A stretch of 64,000 bases of DNA, taken from assembly GCA_013239625.1 (NCBI GenBank), contig MU053513.1:392370-456369 (forward strand), read 5' to 3'. Within the stretch, counting starts at the first letter, position 1. Each line of letters opens with the position of its first letter. The stretch is from Lama guanicoe. Taxonomy: Eukaryota. A model generated the notes under the pieces. It was not told the origin of the DNA, did no database searches, and was given only the letters and a program-made list of their open reading frames with translations. The position numbers and the translations under genes were made by a program. Positions 25,960-39,238 of this stretch are shown one piece after another.

Positions 25960-26660
25960 GTTCTGTCTGAAGGTTATTTTGCCATTATGCATATTTTACA
26001 ACATTCTAAAGTGGTCAAAGATTTTCAGACACTTCCCGGATTATACAGTTTACAAGGTAGCTGCTTTTTACTATGTTGTGAGGGTCAGGTTTGCCTAACA
26101 AGCAGCCAATCTCTGGCTTTCTGAATTTCTGTTCATTTCAAATAATACAGGTAATTGGATTCTACACGACAAAGCAAACTGGCCATCAGGACAACGCAAA
26201 TTCCACATGGGCTGTGTTCAGAACCAGTGTTTTTCATCATCGTGACACAGGCTGTAACTCCAACACTTGCTCAGAGTCACACATGACCCACGTAATTGGT
26301 ATTAGGGCTTCTGGGCTCCAGAAAGTTAATCATCTCTACCTCAGTCTTTCCCTGAGTATAATCTTTGAAGTAAACAAAAGGCAACCCCTCGCTTCCTCAT
26401 TTAGCGACCATTCTATTGAGTCATATAGTTGTGGCTATAATTTGATATTGGACATTTTACGACAGGTAAACATATAGGTCTGCTAAGACCTAGTTTAATG
26501 AGATATAGAAATTTTAGCAGAATCTGAAAACTGATTTTCTACTATCAACTGTTTTTTGCAGAGAAAGAATCCATATTAATATATAAATAGAGATAATCTG
26601 GCTTCTGATAATCCTTGAATGTACTAAACTAATGATTAAAGTCAAAAAAAAAACCTTGAT

Positions 26661-26673
26661 GTTAATGATTAAC
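26661..26673. promoter_or_regulatory. Perfect HNF1A/HNF1B consensus palindrome GTTAATGATTAAC
   Basis: Exact match to GTTAATNATTAAC in non-repeat DNA; function not shown. Confidence 0.45.
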
Positions 26674-27368
26674 ACAATTTTCCAATTTTAGGACACTGTA
26701 CTCAGGGTCAGGGTCTTGATCCCTTAAGTGGCTGTAATTAACCAATGGTCTGATTTGCCAGAAGGCTTCACTCGTTTCTTTGGCACTGTTATTTGATCCG
26801 TTAGTTGGCTTGCATCCAGTTTATTTGGCAGAGATTTTGTAGAACCATGTTGTGTCCATTATCTTTCCCTGACAATGATTTAATCCCATTGCAAGAGTGT
26901 CAGGGCTGGTCATTATGCGAGGCGCACTATTCTCAGACCTGGAAGGGTTGCTTCCATTTCATATGAGCTCACATTTAGCTATATGAATTTTAAAAAAAGA
27001 CTTCTTTATAGCAACACAAAAACCATTAAGTCTTTGTGTGTGTGTGTGGGTGTGAGTTTGTGGGTGTGTATCCATTAATATTCTGAGTGCTCCAATAGAA
27101 CATAGACTTCAAGGGTAGAAATATGGTAAGAGGTGGCTCTCTAGCCTTTAAGGGTCTATTGAACATTTATTTGTCAATTTTTTATATTAATATAATAGGA
27201 CTATTATGTGCAAGGTAATGGGCTGGATTCTGTGAAAATAGGCAATGAATGAGGCATAGCAACAGCTTTTAAGGAGCATAGAGTCAGGGATGCTATAAGC
27301 ACCTTTCTCTAAGAACATGACAGTTCACTATGTTGGAGAGTGATTCTAAACTTTCTTCTTAAAACAAA

Positions 27369-27600
27369 TGTAGTTCTTAGTCCGCTTGGGCTGTTACAAC
27401 AAGAACACCATAGACGAGGTAGTTTGTCAACAACAGAAATTCATTTCTCACAGTTCTGGTGACTAGAAGTCCAGGATCAAGGCACTGGCAGATCTGGTGT
27501 CAGGCGAGGGTCTACTTCCTCATAGATGACCATCTTTTCACTGTGTCCTCCCGTGGCAGAAGATGCTGGTGGGGTCTGTGGGATCTCTTTCATAAGAGCA
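27369..27600 (-). mobile_element. Truncated MLT1A-like MaLR LTR
   Basis: tcttagtccgcttgggctgttacaacaa...atttctcacagttctgg...aagtccaggatcaaggcactggcagatctggtgtc. Confidence 0.85.
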
Positions 27601-28057
27601 TGACAGTTTTGTTCAGAAAATATGTCATTACTTGAGAAAGATCAGCTGTTACCTTTGATCTTTATCCTAATCCATTATGATCTTAGAGTTGCTGGTTTTG
27701 ACCTCAGCCCGGTGGAGAAAGCAGTCAATTAAACAACCCAGAACATATTAAATAAAACAATATGGTATCATAGAGGTGATATGGGTTAGGATGACATGTT
27801 CTGTGGGAAGGCAATCAAAGACTGTGTTTGGGAATCAGGAAGGCCAGTGTGTTAGAGGTTCTGCTGCTTCTGTTATCATTGCAAATAAGATACTGGTTGT
27901 AGGTGTCATTAAGAAAGTGGCATTTGAGCAAAGTTCAGAGGTGAAGAGATAGCAGACAAACAGAATATTTGGAGTAAAGCTAGTAAGTGCCAAGACTCTA
28001 CGGTGAAAGTGTCTGGCAAATTAGAGAACCACAAGCATGCCATTGGGATGGAGCACA

Positions 28058-28497
28058 GTGTGATGGTTGAGGGATGTGTCAGTGTGACGGGCCCCAGGGT
28101 GCCAGATTAAACATTGTTTCTGAGTGTCTGTGAGGGTGTTTTCAGATGCAGTTGAATTGGTGGACTTGTTGCATTGATGGCTTTCCTCAGCACCATCCAA
28201 CCTGAGGGCTGAGTAAAACAAAAGGGAGCGGAAGGAGGACTGTGTCTCTTTTTTTCCCCTGCCTCATTGCTGGAAACAAGACATGTCATCTCATCTTATT
28301 CTGCCTTTGGACTGGGATTTACATCATCAGCACCCCTGGTTCTCTGGTCTTCAGACTCAGACTGAACTACAGCACCAGCTTTCCTGCACAGCAGATCATG
28401 GGACTTCTCAGTCTCCACAATGGTATTAGCCAGCTCCTCATGATAATCCGGTATCAATCCCATTGTTCTGTTTTTCTGGAGAACTATGACCAATACA
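28058..28497 (+). mobile_element. MLT2B-like ERVL solo LTR inserted in an L2 (L2 pieces ~27880-28057 and ~28498-28760)
   Basis: TGTGATGGTT...gtgtctgtgagggtgtttt...cagcagatcatgggacttctcagtctcca...tctggagaactatgaccaataCA. Confidence 0.9.
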
Positions 28498-30357
28498 AAG
28501 AGTGAGGGAGGGGAAACAGTAAAGATGTGAAGTCAGAGAAGTAATAAGGGCCAGGAGGAATAGCGACCGCTTTTCAGGCTACTGTAAAGTCTTCAGCGTT
28601 TCTTCCACGTGAAACAAGGAAACATTCAGAGGCTTTGAGCAGAGGAGACACAGTCTGATTTGTGCTTAAAAGGATCTTTTTGGCTGCTGGGTTTAGAACA
28701 AACTGTAAAGGAACCAGGGGTGGAAGCGGGGACATAGTTCAGAGGGTACTGCAAAAACCTTCACGAGGTGCAACAGACATCTCTGGCTTCTGTCATGGAA
28801 GTTACAGTATGAAATCCATGCTTTTTCTACTGCAGCTCGAAATGAGGATAGGAGAGGAAAGTTAACTTAAAGACGAGTTCTTTGTAATGGTTCTGTCATA
28901 TAGCCTAATGTCATTTATTGAGTGGTAACTATATGCCAAGCGCTCACCAAACAGATTTAGTATTGTGAATTATTAAAATCTTTAAAACACACATTTTTAA
29001 CTAAAATTTACTGAAGAGGAATCTGGGTCGTAACACGAGCCCACTTACAGGAACACGGTCCCACTACTTTCTGTGCTGCTTTGGCTCCGTGGAGTAACAC
29101 TGAGTATCATGTAATTCTGCGGAGCCATCAGCAAATTCGCGAACATGACCTCTCCCCGCATTTTCAGTAAAGCTTATTCTCTGTAATGGAACTTTTAGTG
29201 TCACACAGCCAAAAAGCCAAGTTGACAGCCATTAGCAAACCTGAGCAGTGTTTAACACCACATGAACGTAGTCTCCTGCCAAATATTCTACAGAACTAAA
29301 ATTTAAAAGTATAATAAACCAGTGAATTGATGTCATACCTGTGGTCATTTTTTATTAGACAGAATTCATAACGAGATTGCAGCGAGTCAAAAATAACTTG
29401 TCATCTGTGTCTCAGGCTAAGGAATACGTAAGGATTAGGACTTGATCAGGATCTCATGCATTCAAACGTGGTCACGAGGTTTCTCGTCAAAATTCAGATC
29501 GTTAAATTAAAATCTTGGCTCTGATGGCCAAAACAAACAAAAATAAGATAACAACGACAATGAAATAACAACTCTGCTTACAAGATGAAGTCTGGCAGAA
29601 TGACAAATTTATCTTTGTCTAATTTTCAAAGCAAATTATAAACTTTTTTAATACAAAATGAGTGTTTGCTTTTACTTTTTATGCTTATTTTTCTGCAAAG
29701 CATTTTCAAATTTTGCTGACAAAGGCTGAGAAAGAGGGGAAATGTAAAAGCTGGCTTGCAGAAGAACATATTGGCCTTTTTATCTTTGGACAGCAATGAC
29801 AAGAATTATGAAATTCCTGATAAATATTATTATAATGAATTGGGGAATTTAATACATAAACATAATAGCAAAAAAGAAACTGACATTAAAGAACAAACAA
29901 CATAATATAATAATTTAAATCTAGAAGGAATTTCAAGTGATCCAGTACATTGGGTATTTTTCAATAAAAAAAAATAACCTGAAACCTCTTTTAAATGACT
30001 ATGAAGGTTCAAACAAGTTCTTAATAGAGTAGACGGTATATTAGCCTCATTCTGACACCAATACTGTTTCTTAAAGTAATGGCTCCTTCTGTTTTATTTT
30101 TAGTTTCTTAGTAGTTGAGATATTTTTGTGTTGGGACTGTGTTTATCTTTCACATTTGCCTCTTCAAACTTAAAAATAATGAGCTAATACTAGCATATAT
30201 TGAAAAATATATGTAATTTGTATTTTGCTGTTTAATTTTTGCCAGTTAAGTGTTTTTTTGTGTGTGTGTTTCCAGTACTTTTCCCACAGTGCTTTTGTAA
30301 TAGAGGAGAACAAATCTGCCTTCACAGATCTGTTCCTTTAGCTCTAACCCTGTGCTC

Positions 30358-30789
30358 TGTTTCCAGTGCTTAGTCATGCTGGTTCTGCCTTTTGTAAAAG
30401 AATGTCGCCTATAGCATGAAATATACACAATAGCCCATTCTCAAGGCCCTGACCTTTAACGGTTTAACACTTTTCCATTTGTATAGAAATCAAAAGTTGC
30501 AAAACAGAGAATAGCATTTGTCTTTTTGGAGGTTTACAGGAACATCATGACCCGACCTACATGGACAGCTGCAACTACAAAGGATTCCAACACCAAGAAG
30601 TTGACAACAGCCAACCACACCCCCTTTCCCTTTTCGTTTAAAAGAAGCCTGAATTCTGACTTGGGGAAGATGGTTCTCTAGGACGTTAGTCCCTCATCTT
30701 CTCAGGCTGCTGGCTTTCTGAATAACACCTCTTCTCCTGATTTGTTGGCCTGTCATGCCTTGAGCAAAATGAGTTTGGACTCGGTAGCA
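30358..30789 (+). mobile_element. ERV1-class solo LTR (MER34/MER39-like)
   Basis: ccccctttcccttttcgtttaaaagaagcctg...aagatggttctctaggacgttagtcc...gagtttggactcggtagCA. Confidence 0.7.
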
Positions 30790-31253
30790 CTTTAGGTGAC
30801 ATTTTTGAATATGGAAAGGAACCAACTCTTCATGTGTGCCCATTCTTCTAGAGACCATCATCCATGTGAACTGGGCTCTGTCGTGCTCCAAAATAGGCAC
30901 GAGTGACTGAAGTCTTCTGGCTCCTGTTTCGTGTCAGATCAATGTGTATCATCCCTGGAGAACTTTGTGAATGGCTTATGAAATCCAGGGAGAAGGCAAG
31001 GTGTTCAACTGATACTTTTTTGCTTTCTCATGAACATTTTCCGTAAGTGGTTTCCTTATGCACAATTCACCAAGGAGAAAGTCTTCACTCTGCTTAACTT
31101 AATTACTCTTTTCCCCACACAGAGCTTCTATGGTGGCAGTGCTGGTGAGGGATGTTTGTGATGAAGAGCTAATTGACTTGGCCTTTCTACATGTTATAAC
31201 TTGGTTTGAAGATGGAGGAAAAGCAACTGATTTTTATAGATCTATAGTTATCT

Positions 31254-31469
31254 CTGTGGTTCTCAACTGGGGGCATCGTTATCCCTCATGGGCCATTTGA
31301 CAAAGTCTGGAGACCTGGTTTTTGGTTGTTACGACTGGGAGGTGATAGAACTACCATCTAGTGGGCGGGGCCAGAAACGCTGTTAAAAATTCTACCAGGT
31401 GCAGAACAACCCTCTAACAACAAAGAATTCTCCTACTCAAAACAGCAAGATTGAGGTTGAGGAACCTTG
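31254..31469. mobile_element. MER20 hAT-Charlie element
   Basis: gtggttctcaactggggg...tctggagac...ggttgttacgactggg...catctagtggg...aacaaagaatt...ttgaggttgaggaaccttg. Confidence 0.9.
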
Positions 31470-33369
31470 TTATGACTTAAATTTGAAATTTCTCCATCCC
31501 TATTACACACAAAACTTTGATCTTTCAGAAAGCAAATTGCAAAATGAAGCTCATGACAATACAGTCCTAGACAATTCTGAACTTTGTGGTGACTCAATGA
31601 AGCAAAGTTTAAAAAAAAAGGTCACCTGAAGTTTTAAAAGCAGGCTTGTGAGAGCTCACAAAGCATCATCAGAGTCCTTCTTAAAGTCTCCTAAAATGTT
31701 CACCTTCCTGTGTATGTGTCTCACAGAACTGGAGAAACAAAAATTCTGAAGACTCTAAAGGATGCTAGATTACTAAGCAATTCTTTAAATAATAACATTT
31801 TTAAGGAAGCTGTATTTTTTTTGCATCAGGACCAGGAGTGAGGAAACAGGAGTCCCCACCCAGAGTTAAAGGGGAATTGAGAAGGAAGCTTCTGGAATGT
31901 CTGATATTTTAACTGACTGTGGACAGCTTTGCTTTTTCCATGCCACTGGCGTCTCAAGAGCCCTTCCTTCATCCAGTCTTCAAGATTGGGGTTAATGATG
32001 GGTTGCAATGCCCTCCAGCCAGCTTGACTGATGTCATTTAAAAGTTACCTCCCTATAACGGCTAGTGACATGGCTCTGGTGAGGCCATCATTGAATCCAA
32101 TTAAAAATCTTATGTCTTCCATGCTGTGAGAGAAACCACAAGCCTAGCCCTTTGTTCTGCTGGTGTTACACCACAAGGTTCTACAGAGGGTGCATTTGAC
32201 ACTGTCTAGTCCTGAGGCGGGCTTGTATGCAAAAGTCCCTTAGTCCCCAAGGCCCACCATCGGTCACTTTCACTTTCAGATTCACAGGTAGGTTTTTCTC
32301 CTAACAAATAATAAGATGACAAGAAATAAAGATGAAGAAAAATAACGCAGGTATTTATGTCCCATTGTAGACACTTAGAGCTTTTGCTGAAAACGATGTT
32401 TTCTATGTTAGAAGGAAAAATGGCTGCTAAAATAGGTCAGGCAGGAGTGAAGCTTTACAAATTGCAAGTCTACCACACGTTTCTGATTATAAAAGAAACT
32501 TTCGAAGAAGGGTCAAAACAGAATTCAACGTGATAAAATAATTAAAGACATTTTCCCTAAGTCAGCACTTATTTTCATTTCGTTTTTCCCCTTGGAATGA
32601 AAACTGTGTAGGCAATTAGTTTAAATTAGGCTGCGTGGGGATATTATTTGTATAACAAAAATAAGTTTCTCTTTGTAATTAAATTGAATGGTGTTGCACC
32701 GGAGAGAAACCGAAGAAGTTTCTGGGACTTAACATTGCTCTAGTCAACCCAGAGTTCTGAGATCCATTGTTATAATAAGTCATTTTGCAGCTGCCCTGAC
32801 GTGGTTTGCATTTTTAATATGCTAAGCAGATACTCCCAGCTGCAGGTAAGTAAGTAGATCATCTTTCTCTGAGGTTCAACCAAGTTCCAATGCTTCCTAG
32901 GCTGTTCTGGTGTGGCTACAACCTTGCTTTTGTTTTAATCCTCCTAAAGATTGTGAAGAACATATTCTTCTAATTGAAGCTCTTAATTATTATACAATCT
33001 GCATATGCACATGAATTTAAGATTGAAACATTGGGACAATTCATGTATTTTTAAGCCCTTGTTTACTAGCTGATTATTCATTAACAGAGCCTGATACACG
33101 TTTATACACATACACACATATTTACAAAAAAATGTATATATGTTACATGTGAAGTGCATTATTTGAAAATGTCCTCGTATGTATAACTTTTATACTCAGA
33201 AGTCATAATAAAGGAAAAATTACTTCCTTATAGCATACAAAATTTAGATTTATTTTACTTGTTTTAAAGATAGCGTCCTTGAAAGTAGAGTGAGTCAGTT
33301 TTCTAATATCAAACTCTCTTTCCATTGAGATGAATGGGAACAAGAGATTTCGTACTAATGAGGCAAGAT

Positions 33370-33600
33370 TTTGTGATAGCTAGACAGTTTTGGATCCCCA
33401 TCCCACTCTGTCGTTCACTAGCTTAACATTTCAGGGAAGTTACTAAGCTCAAGTCAAAGACCTCTCATCTATAAATTGAAGGAAATCATGCCTACACAAT
33501 TGTTTCAAAGGTTTGTTTCCAAGATCAAATGAATTAACATACTGAAAGTTAAGTGTAGTCATAACAGTTAACAATTGATACTAACAATTGCAATCATTGT
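33370..33600 (+). mobile_element. MIR SINE
   Basis: cccactctgtc...gggaagttact...ctcatctataaa...agatcaaatga. Confidence 0.55.
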
Positions 33601-33759
33601 TGCTGCTTTGGCTGTTTACAATAGGAAAAATGAAGAGTGATCAGGCAGAAAGAATTAAATCACGCTGTTTAAGTTTACAAGCGGAAATACTCTGTCTACT
33701 ACTCTGGCCTCCAAGGTGATTTAGGTAAGGTTCATAAAGTGGTTCCGAAATGGATAAAG

Positions 33760-34128
33760 CTGCTTTACTTCTGCCATGCCTTTTTCTCATACTGTTCCCT
33801 TGGCCTGGAATGTCCTTTCCCATGTTTACTACCTGGTAAATGGCCACTCACTCTGCAGACCCTGACGCAAAGTGGTGCCTGATCTTTCCATCTCCTCACT
33901 AGACATGGTAGTTTTCATCATCAATGTACTTTACTTATGACTTTGTCAAAACATTTAGCACATTTTACTACTTTATTACTTCCATGTTGGTCTCGCATCA
34001 TAAGCAGGTCAGCCTGAAGGCCAACACTACTTACTTGTCATTTCCAGTGCAGAGCAATTTCAGGCATAAGTAATATACGAATACATGCTTGCCGGATGGA
34101 CGAATAAGCAAGTGAGTGAATGAAGGAG
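33760..34128 (+). mobile_element. LINE-2 3' end
   Basis: tactgttcccttggcctggaatgtcctttccc...caggcataagtaa...gtgagtgaatgaa. Confidence 0.7.
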
Positions 34129-34317
34129 TGTATTTCTCTAACAGGATTTGTTTGTTCATTTATTTCTTCCATTGCTTCTAGTTTCCGAGGAACCTACTTC
34201 AGTTGTGCTTGAGTGATAATCCTGTCTAAGTGTTATAGTGACCAGATGATTGGTATTACTTTCTCCTGTAATTATTTTTCTTTTTCTTTGCCAGCATGGT
34301 ATTTCCTTTACCAATAA

Positions 34318-34318
<1 letters not shown>

Positions 34319-34359
<41 letters not shown>
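34319..34359 (+). repeat. (CAA)n microsatellite, ~13 units
   Basis: Direct reading. Confidence 0.97.
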
Positions 34360-37300
34360 AACCCCAAAAAACAGAAGCCCCAGCTAACTGTTTGCCTTGT
34401 TTCTCACCTGCTGTCCTTATTCTTCCATTCCCTCACCACCCACCCTGGTTAAGCATTTTCGATGGGACGGACCCCCCACCAATTTATAGACCTTACTATG
34501 TAAGTTACCGCTGTGTCTCCTAATTTCCAAATTCAGAGGTGTTTCCTTAGCTCCCATTTTCATATTTCTTTCTGGTGTTTTTGACCTGGCTGATCCTTCT
34601 GTAATAGTCCATTTCTTTTTCTCTTCCTAAAAAGCTAAGTCTTGCAAAGAATAATACAGAAAATTAGAGAATACAGAGTAATTTGTTCATTATAGATTTT
34701 TTTTCACATAGAACAAAATGGATGGGGCTAATAGTGTTCGTAGATGTTGATGTTAAGAAGGAAATTCTGAGATAACTGAGTTAATAGAAGGTAAGCAGCC
34801 TTTGTAGTATGTACCCAGGGTAGTGATGGTGAATTTTAAAACTGAAGGCAGAACTGTAGAAGTTCTTCTAAAACTGCAAATTGACATAAGTGAGACATTT
34901 TGAGAAGAATATTAAGACATGTGTATCTAATATATGTTATATATGTTACTGGACATATAAAACTAATCAATTCTAAGATTTCATTTGCAATTTTATATGA
35001 GCCCTAAGGTCCCAATGGTTTAAGTAAACCAGTGATTATTGCTTAAAAATCTCTATATATGGAGAACTCTAAATATTTATTGATCAGTTTACAGCACCAT
35101 GCATGTTTACATGCTTAATAGGATTGTCATAGAGTGAGGCCGGTTCCACCAACCACCCCCAAATATTAACTCTTTCATATTAACCACATCTTGTATAATC
35201 TATGAGTCAGCATTTTTTTAATTCAAGAAAGTTGAACTGTCTTTGGGGATAATCTCGTTAACTCACATTTATATGACCATAAAAAGAATAATCTGTATCT
35301 CTGAAAAAATTAGAGAAGAACTGTGGATGAACGTGTTGATAAAAACCTAAATGTGAAATTGCTCTGTTGAGTAAGCCAAGAAGATGAATGGAAAAAGTAA
35401 ATGTTTCCTCAGAAGTATACAGTTTACAGATAAAGAACACGGAAGTCAAACAAGATAGGAACACACTATCAGAAACTGTTTTTAAAAATAGTAGATGGAA
35501 ATGCAGAGAAAGACACTGAGAGAGAGAAAGACAAACATGATTTGAGGTAATTCTGAAGCAAATTAGGGTTTAGGAAAGCCCTTTTGAGGAGTCAGAGTTT
35601 GAGAGAATCCTGACAGACATGCAAATTTGGAGACGAGTGGAAAAGACTCAGCAGAGCCCATTTCTACTGGTTGGAGAAGCCTGTAAACATACAAGAAGGA
35701 AATAGAACACTTCAGAAATCCACGCGAAACGGCAAGTATTCTCCAAGTAAACCTGGAGCAAAAAAATAAAATACAGTTTGAAAATTATTTCAAGTAGTGG
35801 CAAAATAGGCTATTGGAAACATCTGTTAGTGCTGTCAGCCTGTGAAAAGACATGCACCTTTAGAAATGCAGATCTGAAGTTTGCTTCCCAGAGCTCAATT
35901 TAACAGGATTTGTGACTTTTATAAAAATAAATGGTTTTCTCTTTCTTCTACCTCTGTGAGAAAGGTCCCTTTGGGATTCTCCAAACACAGGTGCATTTGA
36001 GTTCAGTTTTACTTGGAGTGGAATATTTGGGTGTGGCTCTTTGAGACCCCTAAAATTTGCAGTGATCAAAAAATTCTCAGGAAGAGTGTGGACCTAGGAA
36101 TTTTTGCAAGAAAAATTACTGAATATTAAAAAAAGAAAAGAAAAACAATGATCTAAATCCTGAGAGTTTGTCATGCTCTCAGTAAGTTAGTTTACATCTG
36201 GATAAATGACATTCAGCCTTTCAAACGTTGGCTCATCTAACCTGAAAATTTTGGCAAAGAGTTTCATTAATTAGTGTGACATTTTGTATTTAGGATATAG
36301 CTTGTTGAGCATTTATTATGGGAAGTTAGGATGCAAGGTTCTATTTAAAAGACAGTACCATGAAGTTCTTACAAACACAACAAACGTGAAAATGTCATTC
36401 TAATGTGTTCATGACACCAAAAATAGCAGTTAATTTTCCCAGTGTCCTATATATAAAATTAATTAGGAAAATTTTTAAAAAGTTGTGTTGTTTATCAAAC
36501 CCATTTATTTTGATTTGCTGTTTGTCAGGGGAATAGCAATCTCACATCATAACTCCTGCAATTGTTCATAAAAATATATATTATTTGCCATCATTAATAA
36601 ACAAACAAACAAATAAATAAAACCCAACTTGACTACTTGTGAACCAGCATACTTTCCCTAAGAGAACTAAAATTAACAATTAAATGCTAATCTTTTACAA
36701 CTTTCATTTACTGAACCATTAATCTAATAAACATTTTGTTTAATTCAATATTGATATATTTAAAAGATGATGTATTTGATCCAAGTCTGGGATATAAATT
36801 CAGTCTTAATTAACAGGTAATAGATATTACGAAGTGAATAATGTGTCTGACTGAATTATATCTGGTTCTGAAAGTGATTGGTCTTTTTATTGAGAAATTA
36901 ATCCATATAAAAAGATGATGCATCTCTTTCAATATGAGCTAACTCATATCTATAAAGCTTTTTTTTTAGTATGCAAAGGTAAGCCAAGGAACAAGTTTGC
37001 CCTCAAGTGGACTTCAAAGGCAGATGAGAGTTCCTGAACAGGAAGAGAGTAAAAAATTGTTGGGCTCATGGATTTACAGATTCATATTAACAGAGAGGCT
37101 GCTGAACAACATGGCTGACCTACGTGCCCCGTTCCTCATAGAAGCTTGTTCCACCTGGGACCGTCTTATATTGTTGTAGGTGCTTCATTACAAATTGTAT
37201 TTTTGAAATTTCACACAATGTTTTTAGTCATACTTTAAAATATCCAAATATTATTTGGTATCCATTAGTTACTTTGTTAAATTTTAGGGTGTTTTAAGGC

Positions 37301-38104
37301 AGCAGCTTCTGCCCTAGACTGAGATAAAACAAGTTTGAAAATCTAAATTTCCCCCTTTCCAATAAGCATACATTATGCCGAGGAATCTTCAACAAATCTA
37401 TAATTTAAGCTAGATGGCAACGTCCTAAATTGGTTTTTGATTATAAGATGCACTAAATTACATTACTCTTATAACTTCAGTAGAATTTGGTTTGACTCAA
37501 GCAAATCAGTTTTAATTCCTTCTAACAATACAAGTCCAGACTACGTGCTTAATAAAATGCAGCTCTTTTCCATTACCCAGGACTTAGTTTTATCAATAAA
37601 TAATTTGTAACTTCAGTTAAACATTTGCAATTTGCTCTGAAAGCATTCTAATTTTTAGCCTAAGTTATCTTCCTCAGTGTTAAGAAAACAGCAGAACATC
37701 TGTAGATCCTGGCAAATAGTTGCCAAATAAATTGATAATGAATAAATGGATGAATTTCTTTCCCTTCTGGTTCTAATGAGCTGAGATTTTTTTTCTTATT
37801 CTCTTTACATTCTATGGTTTTCATGTTATGGAAAAATAGTGAACATTTAATGGAAATCAAATATCACATTCTTTATTCGAGAAACTACTTCCATGGTGCC
37901 ATGAAGTAAATTTTATTTTTATTTCCAGTGGTTAAGAAACAGCTTCTGAAAATACGTTTCCGGTTTTCATGTTACTGGGGACGCTTCACTTCACAGGTAT
38001 TTACTAATGGATGCAAATCGCAAAAGGTAAGTGTACAAAGAATTTTTCTTAATTGAAATAAAGTTACAGTTTAAAACTAAATATAAATGGTTCACATGTA
38101 AATA

Positions 38105-38410
38105 TTGGCTGGCTTGTGCTAGAGTAAGAAATTGTCTTAGAGGTTTCCTTGTCAGAGGTCATCAGATTCTTTGAACCACCTCATTCAGGAATTAAGGCCA
38201 GGTGACTGTCTTCCACTGGGGCAAGGGAAGAAAAGATGGAGACTCACTCATCGCCTGTTAATGCTTATATTGGGCAGTGACACATATCACGTCTTGGCCG
38301 GCCCAAGTTATACGGTGATACCCAATTTCAAGTGGGTGTGAAGGGTAATTCTCCCTTAGGCTCAGCAGTCTAGGGAAACCGGAAATAGTGATGAGTGACA
38401 ATGTCTATCA
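38105..38410 (-). mobile_element. Old MaLR LTR fragment (MLT1K/L-like)
   Basis: cagattctttg...cctcattcagg...cacatatcacgtcttggcc...cccaatttcaag. Confidence 0.45.
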
Positions 38411-39095
38411 GAGCTTGTAAGGGAATGATTTAATTTCAAAGATTCTAATTCTTTATTTTTATGTGAAAGACTTTTTAACTTGTTTAAAAATAAAAGGATC
38501 ACAGCAGAAGAAAAATACAGTAAAAAATGTAGTATGCCTTAAGAAATGTGTGTAGCTATAAGTGATTCACAGACTAGAGTTTTCTGCTTTGTCTTTTCTG
38601 GTTTATCTTTAAGCCATTTGTCTGATTTATCTTTACATATTCATAGCACTTGGTGAATATAGCCTGAATGGTACTTATCATATAGTAGGTTTTCAAGACA
38701 TATCTGTCACATAAAAATGAGTCAGCAGTAATGAATATGACACATATCTAAAATCTTGGGATGCTAATATGTTAGACTTTGTCATTATTATAAGAGGGAG
38801 GAGGATAAAATGGAGCCTAAGTCTGAAGATGGTTAATGAGGTTCTGAGCTTCTGGAATCTGGCGTGTCCAGGGAGCTCGTGTTAATGTCAGGGGTCAACA
38901 GTGAGAACTCCAGAAAAGATGGACACTGGACTGAAGGATGATAGGATTCTTCCTAATGAAACAGAACCAGAATCCTCAGAGGAGTGAAGACACTACAAAT
39001 ATACATTTCATATACACTAACAAAAGCCAACCTAAGATAGTTTTTATGAACAGCAAGATTTCAAAAAACAAATTGTCTAGAATTTTAAGGGCCCT

Positions 39096-39238
39096 GGTGG
39101 GGAGGGTATGGCTCAGTGGTAGAGCGCATGTCTAGCATTCACAGGGTCCTGGGTTCAATCCCCAGTACTGCCATTAAAATAATAAATAAATAAATAAATA
39201 AACCTGATAACCTCTCACCTAATAAATAATTGAACAGT
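39096..39238 (+). mobile_element. tRNA-derived SINE (Vic-1-like) with TSD
   Basis: ggggagggtatggctcagtggtagagcgcatg...gtcctgggttcaatccccagtac plus (TAAA)n; flanked by agaattttaagggccct (39079-39095) and agaagttttagggccct (39239-39255). Confidence 0.95.

Noticed and set aside
34156..34523. Poly-Leu and poly-Thr ORFs
   Set aside because: Translations of the (CAA)n microsatellite.
39096..39175. tRNA-like sequence (also at 9220-9291, 46536 and 46651)
   Set aside because: A and B boxes are followed by AT-rich tails, most with TSDs, so these are SINEs rather than tRNA genes.
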